DNA of 64,000 nt from an uncultured archaeon (GTDB taxonomy: Archaea > Thermoproteota > Bathyarchaeia > Bathyarchaeales > Bathycorpusculaceae): NCBI GenBank assembly GCA_938023865.1, contig CALJDG010000019.1, forward strand, positions 852-64,851. The letters run 5' to 3'. A model generated the notes under the pieces. It had not been told where the DNA came from and did not search any database. It saw only the letters and a list, made by a program, of their open reading frames with translations. Positions 28,115 to 36,979 of this stretch are shown here, one piece after another (the stretch's first letter is position 1; the number at the start of each line of letters is the position of its first letter). The translations under genes were made by a program, and so were the position numbers.

Positions 28115-28441
28115 TTAGTCTACAGCCTTGTATATCTTTATGTCGTGGTTTCCAGAAACTAGCTGAACTAAACCTTCTTCCTCAAGTTGTTCGAGAAAAT
28201 CTTTCGCTGCACTTATTCTGAGATTAAAGCGAGTTGCCACAGCGTATGGTGTTAAAACCCGCATCCTTTTTAACTCGTCAAGAATTTTCTCGCCTTTAAC
28301 ATCTGGTACAAATATCCCTGCCAACTTTTTCTCCTTCGCTGCCTTTTCTTTCTCCTTTTCTTTTTTCTTTTTCTCCTCTTCATCCTTCCGCATCTGCATG
28401 CGTTCCATCTGCTTCAAACTGAGCTTCTTTTTACCACCCAT
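28115..28441 (-). CDS. rps25e: 30S ribosomal protein eS25
   Basis: Lys/Glu-rich N-terminus, then a winged-helix part (VLTPYAVATRFNLRISAAKDFLEQLEEEGLV). AAGGAG lies 11 nt upstream of the ATG. Confidence 0.85.
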   Translation of the reverse strand: MGGKKKLSLKQMERMQMRKDEEEKKKKEKEKEKAAKEKKLAGIFVPDVKGEKILDELKRMRVLTPYAVATRFNLRISAAKDFLEQLEEEGLVQLVSGNHDIKIYKAVD

Positions 28442-28550
28442 TAACAGGTATCTCCTTACACTGGTTTAAGCCATTGATAGATTCCAGTTTCGCTTCTTAT
28501 ATACATTGCTAGCCTAATGGCATATTTAAAAAGAAAAGAAGGGAGAAACG

Positions 28551-28772
28551 TTATCTGCCCATCACTTTTCTGGCGGCAATCTCGATGTCCTCAGCCTTTA
28601 TAGTTTTTCTTCCAGTGTGCATTGCAAAGTCTAGGGCTTCCTTAGCTATTTTTATCCCTATTTCCTCTAGGGCTTTTGCAAGTTCTCTTGCGGCCGCCTC
28701 GCTTACACGGTCAGCTCCGGCTTTCTTACATAACCTATGCATAGGGGCAATTGCCAACTCTAAATCTGCCAT
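28551..28772 (-). CDS. archaeal histone (HMf family)
   Basis: 73 aa. LAIAPMHRLCKKAGADRVSEAAARELAKALEEIGIKIAKEALDFAMHTGRKTIKAEDIEIA is a canonical histone fold. GGAGGAG lies upstream of the ATG. Confidence 0.9.
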   Translation of the reverse strand: MADLELAIAPMHRLCKKAGADRVSEAAARELAKALEEIGIKIAKEALDFAMHTGRKTIKAEDIEIAARKVMGR

Positions 28773-28798
28773 AAATACTCCTCCGTAGTCTCTTTCTC

Positions 28799-28806
28799 TA
28801 TTTAAA
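28799..28806 (-). promoter_or_regulatory. putative TATA box of the histone gene
   Basis: The minus strand reads CTTTAAATAG about 27-34 nt upstream of the ATG, followed by GGAGGAG. Confidence 0.35.
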
Positions 28807-28911
28807 GCAATATTTAACGTTTATTGCGTCCTATCTTCCAAAATTGGCATTAAAATCAAGCTTTCTTTATTTAAGAGAGGAAATTATAAAAATGCCTAAA
28901 CTTGTAGTTTT

Positions 28912-29739
28912 ATGCTCAAAGTGGCATATAATATGAAGCCTCTAAGGTTTGTCGACGCCCACATCCATCTATCAGACGAGGAATACGCCGAGAAGATTAA
29001 AGAAATCATTTTGGAAGCGAAAAACAACAAGGTGGTGGCTTTAGTTTCCAACTCCATGAACTTAGAGACAAGCATAAAAAGCCTTGAACTTGCCGAACGT
29101 TATAATGGAATTGTTTATGCCGCCATGGGGATTCACCCATGGAGCGTAAATGCGTTAACAGAGGAAGAGCTTCAACAAACAACAGAGCTTATAATAAAAC
29201 AGAGAGGTAATAAAGCCTTGATAGCCATAGGCGAGGTTGGATTAGACTACAAGTATGAGAAAATATGGGAAAAACAGCTGATGGTTTTTGATGAAATGCT
29301 GCGCCTAGCTGAAAAATTAAACTTGCCGGCAATAATCCATTCGCGTGGAACCACCGCGCAAATTGTTGATATGATTCCATCCTACAGTTTGAAAAGAATT
29401 CTTTTGCACTGGTTTAGCAACCCCATAAGTATATTGCCGAAAGTCATTGAAAGGGGATACTATATCAGCGAGGGACCGCCAACAGTTTACTCAAATGGTA
29501 TACGTGAAGTTGTGAAAAAGGTGCAGTTAACAAATCTTTTAACGGAAACAGATGGTCCTGTACGCTACTTTAAAAGCCCCTTTTATGGGAAGATGACAAC
29601 CCCGGCCTTTATCCCAACAGTTGTTGATGCGATAGCTGAAATTAAGAGGATAAGCGCTAAGGAAGCCGCAGACCAAATAGCAACGAATTTTGAAGATTTT
29701 TTCGGAGTGAAGATAAATTCGATGGAAGATAACGCGTAA
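28912..29739 (+). CDS. tatD: TatD-family metal-dependent hydrolase/DNase
   Basis: FVDAHIHL, IGEVGLDY, IHSR and ETDGP motifs. Given the AAATTATAAAAA box at about 28883, the start is more likely ATG 28933. Confidence 0.85.
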   Translation: MLKVAYNMKPLRFVDAHIHLSDEEYAEKIKEIILEAKNNKVVALVSNSMNLETSIKSLELAERYNGIVYAAMGIHPWSVNALTEEELQQTTELIIKQRGNKALIAIGEVGLDYKYEKIWEKQLMVFDEMLRLAEKLNLPAIIHSRGTTAQIVDMIPSYSLKRILLHWFSNPISILPKVIERGYYISEGPPTVYSNGIREVVKKVQLTNLLTETDGPVRYFKSPFYGKMTTPAFIPTVVDAIAEIKRISAKEAADQIATNFEDFFGVKINSMEDNA

Positions 29740-29830
29740 ATTTAAATTTAGACTTTTTGTTATGAATGTTCACTTTAAACAAGTGTGATTGGAATGGCAT
29801 GGATGATGGCTGCTTGGGGGGCAATGAAGC

Positions 29831-30055
29831 TTGGGAAAGGTTCGCACGGAACACATTAAACGTATGGCCAAAGAACTCGTCAGACGTTTCCCCAACAAGT
29901 TTTCTAACAACTTTGAAGAGAACAAACTGGTTGTAAAAATGCTTTTGCAGGGGACAACAACGCGAGTGCGCAACCAGGTTGCAGGGTACATAACCCACAT
30001 TTATTCTGGCATGGAAACTCCGACATCCAGCGAAAGCCGAGAAGAAAACGAGTAA
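29831..30055 (+). CDS. rps17e: 30S ribosomal protein eS17
   Basis: MGKVRTEHIKRMAKELVRRFPNKFSNNFEENK is the eS17 N-terminus. The start codon is TTG. Confidence 0.9.
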   Translation: MGKVRTEHIKRMAKELVRRFPNKFSNNFEENKLVVKMLLQGTTTRVRNQVAGYITHIYSGMETPTSSESREENE

Positions 30056-30096
30056 ATTTATTAGACCGCCTTCCATTTTAGAAAAGACGGACGAGG

Positions 30097-30480
30097 TTGT
30101 GGGTTATGATGGACCAGTATAGACGCGGATGGGCTTTAAGATACTTGCGCGAGGCAAAGGCAGAACTGGAAGCCGCGAGGAAAATGCCCTACATGGCTCC
30201 CAGCCTAATTCTGGAAGCCATAAGAAAGGCTAGAAACGCCATATATTATAGCCTAGGAGAACCAGCCTTCATAGAAAACGTTGTAAGAGAAGCCGTTGAA
30301 AAAATGCAGTTTGGAAACGACCCAGTTTTGAGGTGCTTGGTAGAAATTGAGGGGATGATGCAGCAAATGGCACAACTGGAAGAGGTGAACGAGGAGAAAG
30401 CCGTAAAGCAAGCAGATAGCCTAATTCAGCTAGCCTCAGAAATAGTTGAGACGATGATAGGAGAAAAAGTTGAAGATTAA
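30097..30480 (+). CDS. hypothetical all-helical protein
   Basis: 127-aa ORF. The likely start is ATG 30106, 7 nt after a GAGGT motif. No confident family. Confidence 0.45.
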   Translation: MWVMMDQYRRGWALRYLREAKAELEAARKMPYMAPSLILEAIRKARNAIYYSLGEPAFIENVVREAVEKMQFGNDPVLRCLVEIEGMMQQMAQLEEVNEEKAVKQADSLIQLASEIVETMIGEKVED

Positions 30481-30497
30481 AGGATGAAAAAGCCCTT

Positions 30498-31682
30498 TTA
30501 ACTTTTCAGCTTTTCAACAGCCTTGCTTATGCGATCTAAAGCCTTCTCAATGTTCTCAACAGAGTTTGCAAATGATATGCGCAAATACCCTTCCCCATAT
30601 CTCCCAAAGGAAGTTCCCGGCAGAACTGCCACACCAGCCTCGTTGAGTAAGTAATCTGAAAATTCCTTTGATTTCTTCCCGATGCCTTTTATGTTTGGGA
30701 AAACGTAAAAGGCGCCTTTAGGCTTCTTGCATGTTATGCCTTTAATGTTGTTTAAGCCTGAAACAATGACCTCTCTTCTTTTTCTAAATTCTGCAACCAT
30801 TTTGTCAATAGAATCTTGCGGACCCTTCAGAGCTTCAACTCCAGCTATTTGGATGAAGGCGCATGTGCAGGAGTTCGAATTAACCATGAGCTGTGTGATT
30901 TTTTCAGCTAGAGCCTTCCGCATGACCCCGTAGCCGAGTCTCCAGCCTGTCATGGCGTAGGTTTTCGAAAAACCATCTAATACTATGGTTTTATCCCTCA
31001 TTCCCGGAAGTGAAGCAATACTTTCATGGATCCCCTCGTAAATTATTTTGCTGTAAATCTCGTCGGAAAGCACTACAACATCGTCTCTGTTGGCTATGCA
31101 GTCAGCTATAACCTTTAAATCTTCTTTTGTCAAAACGCCGCCCGTTGGGTTTTCAGGGGAGTTCAAAATAATCATTTTAGTCCTTTTGGTTATCTTAGCC
31201 TTGACATACTCGTGGTCCATCCTGAAATCGTTCTCCTCCTTGAGCGGGATTGGTACTGGTTTAGCTCCAACAAAGTTTATCACAGACTCGTAAATTGGAA
31301 AGCCTGGATTTGGATATAAGACCTCCTCGCCACTGTTCACGCATGCTAGTATGGCGAAAAACATTATCGGCTTAGCTCCTGGTGTAACAACAACTTCATC
31401 TGGGTCAACTGGAATATTCCTAGTTTTTGAGACGTACTCGGCTATGGCTTCCCGCAATTCGGGGATGCCAGCAGCCGGTACATAGTGGGTGTAGCCGGCG
31501 TAAAGAGCCCTTACGGCGGCCTCTTTAATGTTTTGGGGTGTGTCAAAATCGGGTTCACCTATTTCCAAATGAATTATTTCTTTACCTTGCCGTTCCAGAG
31601 CTTTCGCACGAGCGAGTACTTCAAAGGCAGTTTCAGTTCCAAGAACCGTCATCCTATCAGCAAATATGGAAACCATTAACAA
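30498..31682 (-). CDS. class I/II PLP-dependent aminotransferase (aspartate aminotransferase-like)
   Basis: IHLEIGEPDFDTP, NPENPTGG and FSKTYAMTGWRLGY (PLP lysine), with a C-terminal RISFA motif. Length is 394 aa. Confidence 0.9.
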   Translation of the reverse strand: MLMVSIFADRMTVLGTETAFEVLARAKALERQGKEIIHLEIGEPDFDTPQNIKEAAVRALYAGYTHYVPAAGIPELREAIAEYVSKTRNIPVDPDEVVVTPGAKPIMFFAILACVNSGEEVLYPNPGFPIYESVINFVGAKPVPIPLKEENDFRMDHEYVKAKITKRTKMIILNSPENPTGGVLTKEDLKVIADCIANRDDVVVLSDEIYSKIIYEGIHESIASLPGMRDKTIVLDGFSKTYAMTGWRLGYGVMRKALAEKITQLMVNSNSCTCAFIQIAGVEALKGPQDSIDKMVAEFRKRREVIVSGLNNIKGITCKKPKGAFYVFPNIKGIGKKSKEFSDYLLNEAGVAVLPGTSFGRYGEGYLRISFANSVENIEKALDRISKAVEKLKS

Positions 31683-31726
31683 TCACCAACGTGCTAGGTA
31701 TGTGTAAAAGGTGAATGAACATTGTA

Positions 31727-31745
31727 TTTAACTATTATAGTTAAA
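31727..31745. promoter_or_regulatory. 19-bp perfect palindrome TTTAACTAT-T-ATAGTTAAA
   Basis: Verified base by base: 9-bp arms around a single central T. It lies 18 nt downstream of the gyaR stop and about 40-55 nt upstream of the aminotransferase start. Confidence 0.3.
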
Positions 31746-31762
31746 GGGGGCAAAAAGGCATG

Positions 31763-32770
31763 TTAAAAGAGCTTGGATAAGGGGCGGACTTTAACGACGT
31801 CAGGGTTAACGAGGTTAGGCGGAGCTTTCCCGTTGAAGAACGCAACCAAATTTTCGGCCACCATTTCGGCCATCTTTGAACGGGTTTCGTGGCTTGCACT
31901 TGAGATGTGAGGCGCCAAAACGACATTGTCAAGCTTAAGCAGAGGATTTTCTGTCGGCGTGGGTTCTTGTTCAAAAACGTCTAAGGCTGCGCCCGCAATC
32001 CATCCTTCTTTTAAAGCCTTATAAAGGGCTTTTTCATCCACTATAGGCCCTCTAGAATTGTTGATTAGGTAAGCCGTCTTTTTCATTAGCCTCAGCTTCT
32101 CCTCGTTGATTAAGTGGTAAGTTTCCTTAATTAAGGGGACATGGACGCTAACGAAGTCTGATTCCTTTAAAAGCGTATCTAGGTCCACGCGTTTAGCTCC
32201 GAGCTCCTTCTCTATTTCTGGCGACATGGGCACAACATCGTAGTAGAGAATTTTCATGTTGAAGCCCTTTGCCCTTCGCGCGACCGCTGTTCCAATTCTA
32301 CCAGCTCCCACGATACCTATTGTTGCGCCATAGACATCTCTACCTAAAAGCATGCTTGGGTGCCAGCTGACCTTCCACTGTCCAGTGCGCACGTACTTAT
32401 CCGCTTCAACAACACGTCTCGAAACAGCCATTAACAAAGCCCAAGCAAAATCCGCTGTGGTTTCTGTTAAAACACCGGGAGTATTTGTAACATATATGCC
32501 TCTTTTAGTGGCTTCGGCAACGTCTATGTTGTCAAAGCCAACAGCCATTTGAGCGACAATTTTCAGTTTCGGCCCTGCATCGAAAACCTCGGCGTCAATC
32601 TTATCTGACAAAAGTGTGATCAAGGCGTCAACATTCCTCGCCTTTTTTATTATTTCCTTTTTTGGCGGCGGACCATATTCCGGCCAGACTTCAGCTTCAA
32701 AATGCTCCTTTATTATTTTCATGCCCCTTTCTGGAAGCTCGCGGGTTACGTAAACCTTCGGTTTTGGCAT
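31763..32770 (-). CDS. gyaR: glyoxylate/hydroxypyruvate reductase (D-2-hydroxyacid dehydrogenase family)
   Basis: [30 protein letters not shown]-terminus. [19 protein letters not shown] fold. APHISSAS motif. Length is 335 aa. Confidence 0.85.
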   Translation of the reverse strand: MPKPKVYVTRELPERGMKIIKEHFEAEVWPEYGPPPKKEIIKKARNVDALITLLSDKIDAEVFDAGPKLKIVAQMAVGFDNIDVAEATKRGIYVTNTPGVLTETTADFAWALLMAVSRRVVEADKYVRTGQWKVSWHPSMLLGRDVYGATIGIVGAGRIGTAVARRAKGFNMKILYYDVVPMSPEIEKELGAKRVDLDTLLKESDFVSVHVPLIKETYHLINEEKLRLMKKTAYLINNSRGPIVDEKALYKALKEGWIAGAALDVFEQEPTPTENPLLKLDNVVLAPHISSASHETRSKMAEMVAENLVAFFNGKAPPNLVNPDVVKVRPLSKLF

Positions 32771-32858
32771 AATGTTCCACCGATCAGTGAAACACTTTAT
32801 TAATGTTCAACTTATTACATTTACGATTTCCTGTGTTTAAAGTCCGATGGTGCCCTAA

Positions 32859-34235
32859 ATGTCGATTATTAAAAATTTGGAGCAATTAATTCAAAACGGC
32901 GAAACAAATCTTGATAAAAAAGCAAGGAAGTTAGCCCTAAAAAGCCTCGAAGCTGCCATAAAGGCTGTGGATCCTAAATCGCTAATTAAATCGAAGCTGA
33001 GGCTTAAAGGCTCAATTCTTCGCGTTAATGGGTGTACTTTTGACTTTAGAAGGTATAAGAACATATACGTGATAGGTGGAGGTAAGGCATGCGGCTTAAT
33101 GGCTGAAGCCTTAGAGGAGGTTTTAGGCGACAAAATCACAAGCGGGCTCGTAAATGTTCCAAAAGAGACCAAACATCAAACACGCATAGTTAAGCTTCAT
33201 AAGGCAAGCCACCCAATTCCAGACGAGTCAGGAGTTGAAGGGACAGGAAAAATGCTCGAAATAGCCGAAAGAGCTAGCGAAGAAGACCTAATAATATGCC
33301 TAATTTCGGGCGGAGGCTCAAGCCTGATGCCCATGCCAAGAGGCGAAATAACAATAGCTGACAAAAGGCAAATAACAGAGGACCTACTAAAGTGCGGTGC
33401 CACAATAAACGAAATAAACACCGTCAGAAAACACCTCTCAGAGTTTAAGGGCGGATGGCTTGCAAAGAAGGCTTATCCCGCAACAATCCTAAACCTTATC
33501 CTATCAGATGTTTTAGGCGACCCGCTGGATTTTATCGCCTCAGGACCAACCGTTCCAGACTCAACAACCTTCAGCGACGCCATAAAAGTCTTGAATAAAT
33601 ATAGCTTGTGGGATAAAGCTCCGAAATCAATAAAGAAAGTCCTAACGGACGGGGAGAAGGGTCTAATACCAGAAACGCCAAAAGTTGGGGACGAAACATT
33701 CAAAAAAGTTTTCAGTGTTGTCATCGGAAACAACAGAGTCGCAAGCATGGCAGCATGTGAGACCCTTAAATCTGAAGGGTTGTGCACGCTTCTGTTGACA
33801 TCGCTTCTTGAAGGCGAAGCAAGACATATAGGAACAGTTCTAGCCTCACTAACCCTTGAAATTTTAGCCTCGGGAAACCCAATTAAAAAGCCTGCTGCTA
33901 TAGTGGCCGGCGGCGAAACGACAGTTACTGTCGTTGGAAAAGGTAAGGGTGGAAGGAACCAGGAAATAGCCTTGGCAGCTTCGCTGAAAATTAGAGGCTT
34001 GCAAGGCGTCGCTATAGCCTCATTGAGCACGGATGGAGTGGATGGACCAACAGACGCTGCAGGAGCAATATCCGACGGAAAAACAATAGCAAGAGCAGAA
34101 GTCCTTGGGCTGGGGGCTGAGGAATTCTTGGCAGACAACAACTCTTACAACTTCTTTTCTCAACTCGGCGACTTAATCATTACAGGTCCAACGGGCACAA
34201 ACGTTAACGACGTTTCAGTCATCATAGTATTATAA
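32859..34235 (+). CDS. glycerate 2-kinase (DUF4147 + MOFRL domains)
   Basis: VIGGGKACGLMAEALEE, LISGGGSSL and GGETTVTVVGKGKGGRNQEIAL, with a C-terminal TGPTGTNVNDV motif. Confidence 0.85.
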   Translation: MSIIKNLEQLIQNGETNLDKKARKLALKSLEAAIKAVDPKSLIKSKLRLKGSILRVNGCTFDFRRYKNIYVIGGGKACGLMAEALEEVLGDKITSGLVNVPKETKHQTRIVKLHKASHPIPDESGVEGTGKMLEIAERASEEDLIICLISGGGSSLMPMPRGEITIADKRQITEDLLKCGATINEINTVRKHLSEFKGGWLAKKAYPATILNLILSDVLGDPLDFIASGPTVPDSTTFSDAIKVLNKYSLWDKAPKSIKKVLTDGEKGLIPETPKVGDETFKKVFSVVIGNNRVASMAACETLKSEGLCTLLLTSLLEGEARHIGTVLASLTLEILASGNPIKKPAAIVAGGETTVTVVGKGKGGRNQEIALAASLKIRGLQGVAIASLSTDGVDGPTDAAGAISDGKTIARAEVLGLGAEEFLADNNSYNFFSQLGDLIITGPTGTNVNDVSVIIVL

Positions 34236-34259
34236 ACGCTTTGGAGAAGAAATTGAAAG

Positions 34260-34544
34260 ATGAAAGTAAACTTTAGATTTGTTGGCAGTTTCAGCCAAAT
34301 AATCAACAAGAACAAAGTAACAATGGAATTAAAAGAAGGCGCACGGCTTAAGGAAGCCTTAAAGCGAATCATTAAAGAATTCCCGAAAATTGAAAAAGCC
34401 TTAATCGATCCAGAGTTAGGCGACCCAAAACCAAACACCCTAATAATTGTTAATGGCCGCGAAATCAGCGTTTTAAAAAGCTTGGAAACAACCCTCAATG
34501 ACGGGGATGAGGTGGTTTTCATTCCAGTTTCTCATGGAGGATAG
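34260..34544 (+). CDS. MoaD/ThiS-family ubiquitin-like protein (SAMP-like) ending in Gly-Gly
   Basis: 94 aa. The C-terminus is LNDGDEVVFIPVSHGG, with a terminal GG directly before the stop. Confidence 0.75.
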   Translation: MKVNFRFVGSFSQIINKNKVTMELKEGARLKEALKRIIKEFPKIEKALIDPELGDPKPNTLIIVNGREISVLKSLETTLNDGDEVVFIPVSHGG

Positions 34545-35325
34545 GCTCTTGAGGCTTTTTCCAATTAAAACGGATATCATAAGGCAAGGGGACAATATAG
34601 TTGATGCCGTTATAAAGGCGATGGAAAAACAAGGACTGACATTTGGTGATGGCGACATTTTAGTGTTGGCATCTAAAATTATAGCCTATGCGGAAAACCG
34701 CATTGTGGAACTAAAAGGAATCAAATCTTGTAAAGAGGCCAAAAAACTTGCCAGCAAATTCGCCATACCGCCAGAACTTGCCGAGCTAATCCTGCAAGAG
34801 GCTGAAGAAATCTATGGAGGAGTGGAAAAAGCTGTATTAACGTTGAAAGATGGTGTTTTAATGCCGAATGCCGGAATAGACAACAAAAATGCTCCAGAAG
34901 ATGCTGTGGTTTTATGGCCGAAAAACCCGAAGAAGTGGGCAAAAAACATTAGGGAAGAGGTAATGCGTAAAACAGGAAAGAAGGTTGCAGTTTTAATTGT
35001 TGACAGCGGCTTAAGACCATTAAGGCTTGGAACAATCGGTTTGGCATTAGCAGCCGCTGGTTTAAGGCCAATAAAAGACTGCAGAGGCGAAAGGGACATT
35101 TTTGGGAAAAAGTTGGCTATCACGTTGCACGCTGTGGCAGATAACTTGGCGTCGGCAGCTCACCTTTTAATGGGAGAGACCTCGGAAAAAATTCCGGCAG
35201 TTTTGATTAAAGAAGCACCCGTCAACTTTGACGATGGAGTTTATGGTTCAAGGGATATGGCTTTGCTTCCTGAACAGTGCATTTTCATGAGCTGTCTTAA
35301 GTCAGAAAAGAAATTTAAATGTTAA
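34534..35325 (+). CDS. cofE: coenzyme F420:L-glutamate ligase-like protein (CofE family)
   Basis: GDILVLASKIIAYAENR, NAGIDNKNAP, VLIVDSGLRPLRLGTIGLALAAAG and AVADNLASAAHLLMGETSEKIPAVLIK. ATG 34534 overlaps the MoaD-like stop by 11 nt. Confidence 0.8.
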   Translation: MEDRLLRLFPIKTDIIRQGDNIVDAVIKAMEKQGLTFGDGDILVLASKIIAYAENRIVELKGIKSCKEAKKLASKFAIPPELAELILQEAEEIYGGVEKAVLTLKDGVLMPNAGIDNKNAPEDAVVLWPKNPKKWAKNIREEVMRKTGKKVAVLIVDSGLRPLRLGTIGLALAAAGLRPIKDCRGERDIFGKKLAITLHAVADNLASAAHLLMGETSEKIPAVLIKEAPVNFDDGVYGSRDMALLPEQCIFMSCLKSEKKFKC

Positions 35326-36073
35326 AGGCGCCTTTTTCAGGGCTTACTAGTTTTAGGGCTTTATGCAGTCCTGCGCCGATGAAGGTTGAGGCTGACGCTA
35401 TAACCACCCTTTCAATTGGATATAGGAAAGTGAGAATTTGCCAGTATGTTGCTATAACGTTAACATCTGCTGTGAATAATGGCCAGAAGGTCAATTCAAA
35501 CACAAATGAGCCGGCAATCTGCCCCGCTAATGTAGAGATAAGAAATGTTGTAAAAAAGCTTAAAATGTGGATGTTGTTGCTTTTCATATTCTTCATATTT
35601 TTTACACCCAAAGAATACAATGGAGAAATTAAAATCATGAAGCCCACGATTTGAAACCACATTAATGGTGGGTAAAGCCATACTGGTCCAACAAAGGGAC
35701 AGAAGCCGAAAAGCATCAGAAGCGAGAAATAGGTTAAGGCACACAAATCCCGCCTGCCAATGCGGAGCAGTCCGGCGCACAAAGCGGTGGTAACGCCCGC
35801 AATAAGACTCACGTAAGAGAAGAATCCCGTTAGCAATCCAATAGCTCCCCCTATTGTTGTTGAGAATGCTCCAAGATAAGGTCCGAGAAGCATGCCGATG
35901 ATTGGCGCCATGATAGCCGCCGCCGTTATGGCATTGCTAGACAAGCCAATAATTTTGAATATTGGAAACACACATAAAACCGCATATAATGATGAAAAGC
36001 TGATAACTAAAGCCAAAGTTCGTGCGTTCATCATCATAAATCTTCGCTTTTTTGTGCTTTCTGAGTTTCGCAA
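35315..36073 (-). CDS. polytopic membrane protein (possibly a vitamin/ECF-type substrate-binding component)
   Basis: 252 aa with about 6 hydrophobic helices rich in Gly/Ala. The family is not recognised with confidence. Confidence 0.5.
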   Translation of the reverse strand: MRNSESTKKRRFMMMNARTLALVISFSSLYAVLCVFPIFKIIGLSSNAITAAAIMAPIIGMLLGPYLGAFSTTIGGAIGLLTGFFSYVSLIAGVTTALCAGLLRIGRRDLCALTYFSLLMLFGFCPFVGPVWLYPPLMWFQIVGFMILISPLYSLGVKNMKNMKSNNIHILSFFTTFLISTLAGQIAGSFVFELTFWPLFTADVNVIATYWQILTFLYPIERVVIASASTFIGAGLHKALKLVSPEKGAFNI

Positions 36074-36187
36074 GTACGCTCACCGCAGCTGGCCACTTTC
36101 GAAAAATGCTGGCTTGCAACCTGCATATAAATAAATTGTACACATCGCAAAATTTAACCAAAGAAGCTAAATACTGTAGATGCAGCG

Positions 36188-36979
36188 ATGGTTAAACTAA
36201 TAACTTTGACAACAGATTTTGGGCTTACAGACTCCTATGTGGCAGAGATTAAAGCAGTTATATTGAGCATAAATCCCTTTGTGGAAATTGTTGACATAAG
36301 TCACCAAATAGAAAAGTTCAATATAAGAATGGGTGCGTATATTTTGGCAAGCGCAGCGCCATATTTTCCAAAGGGCACAATACATGTGGCTGTCGTAGAT
36401 CCAAGCGTTGGAACAAAACGCAAGCCAATATTGATAGAAACGGAAAAAGAATTCTTCTTAGGACCAGACAACGGAGTCTTGGTTTTGGCAGCCGAGGCGC
36501 ATGGTGTGAAGCATGTTTATAAAATAGCAAATCCCAAATATATGCTTCCCAAGGTTTCAACAACCTTTCATGGAAGAGACATTTTCGCTCCAGCAGCCGC
36601 CTACCTATCAAAGGGAATTTCACCATCAGCGTTTGGACCAGAAATCCACAAGATTGTGAAACCGCAATTTGCAAAAATCATTAAGAAAGGTTCTAAGCTG
36701 GTTGGCGAAATCATACACGTGGATAGCTTTGGAAACATCGTCACAAACTTCACGGCAAAGGAGCTGGAACTGCTCAGAATAAAGGATAACTTAAACATAA
36801 AGATTGGAGAGACCGCTTCAATGCTAAAGCTTTGTAGGGCTTACGCCGAAGTGGAAGCAAAAAAGCCTCTAGCAATAATAGGTAGCCACGACTTTATGGA
36901 AATATCGGTAAACCAGGGAAGCGCTGCCGAAATGTTCAAGGTCAAGCCCGGAGACAAGGTTATACTTTATCGCTCTTAA
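36188..36979 (+). CDS. S-adenosyl-L-methionine hydroxide adenosyltransferase (DUF62, fluorinase/chlorinase-like)
   Basis: The N-terminus ITLTTDFGLTDSYVAEIKAVIL, plus VAVVDPSVGT, HGRDIFAPAAA and VDSFGN motifs. Confidence 0.85.
   Translation: MVKLITLTTDFGLTDSYVAEIKAVILSINPFVEIVDISHQIEKFNIRMGAYILASAAPYFPKGTIHVAVVDPSVGTKRKPILIETEKEFFLGPDNGVLVLAAEAHGVKHVYKIANPKYMLPKVSTTFHGRDIFAPAAAYLSKGISPSAFGPEIHKIVKPQFAKIIKKGSKLVGEIIHVDSFGNIVTNFTAKELELLRIKDNLNIKIGETASMLKLCRAYAEVEAKKPLAIIGSHDFMEISVNQGSAAEMFKVKPGDKVILYRS

Noticed and set aside
28321-28400. Pyrimidine tract about 70 nt long on the plus strand (ctttttctccttcgctgccttttctttctccttttcttttttctttttctcctcttcatccttcc).
   Set aside because: It is the antisense of the Lys/Glu-rich N-terminal tail of ribosomal protein eS25 (KDEEEKKKKEKEKEKAAKEKK). 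That is a normal feature of the protein, not an independent repeat element.
29795-29830. GGATGATGG upstream of the eS17 gene, resembling a C box (RUGAUGA) of a C/D-box sRNA.
   Set aside because: The match is imperfect (UGAUGG). No D box (CUGA) or C'/D' pair follows at a suitable distance. The segment is better explained as the eS17 5' leader or promoter region.
30097-30480. Possible HEPN-domain protein, suggested by an all-helical 127-aa protein with RYLREAKAELEAARK near the N-terminus.
   Set aside because: I could not find an R-x4-6-H HEPN catalytic motif, and no partner nucleotidyltransferase gene is adjacent. It is kept as a hypothetical protein only.
33473-34141. 222-aa minus-strand ORF inside the glycerate 2-kinase gene. 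Similar antisense ORFs lie at 43759-44259, 58904-59362, 11402-11836 and 41699-42082.
   Set aside because: All lie fully within well-supported genes on the opposite strand. They have Ser/Pro/Ala-rich, motif-free translations and are most likely non-coding shadow frames.
36960-36979. 20-nt convergent overlap between the SAM hydroxide adenosyltransferase gene and nadM.
   Set aside because: Short convergent 3' overlaps are common in compact archaeal genomes. Both C-termini look normal, so nothing further is implied.
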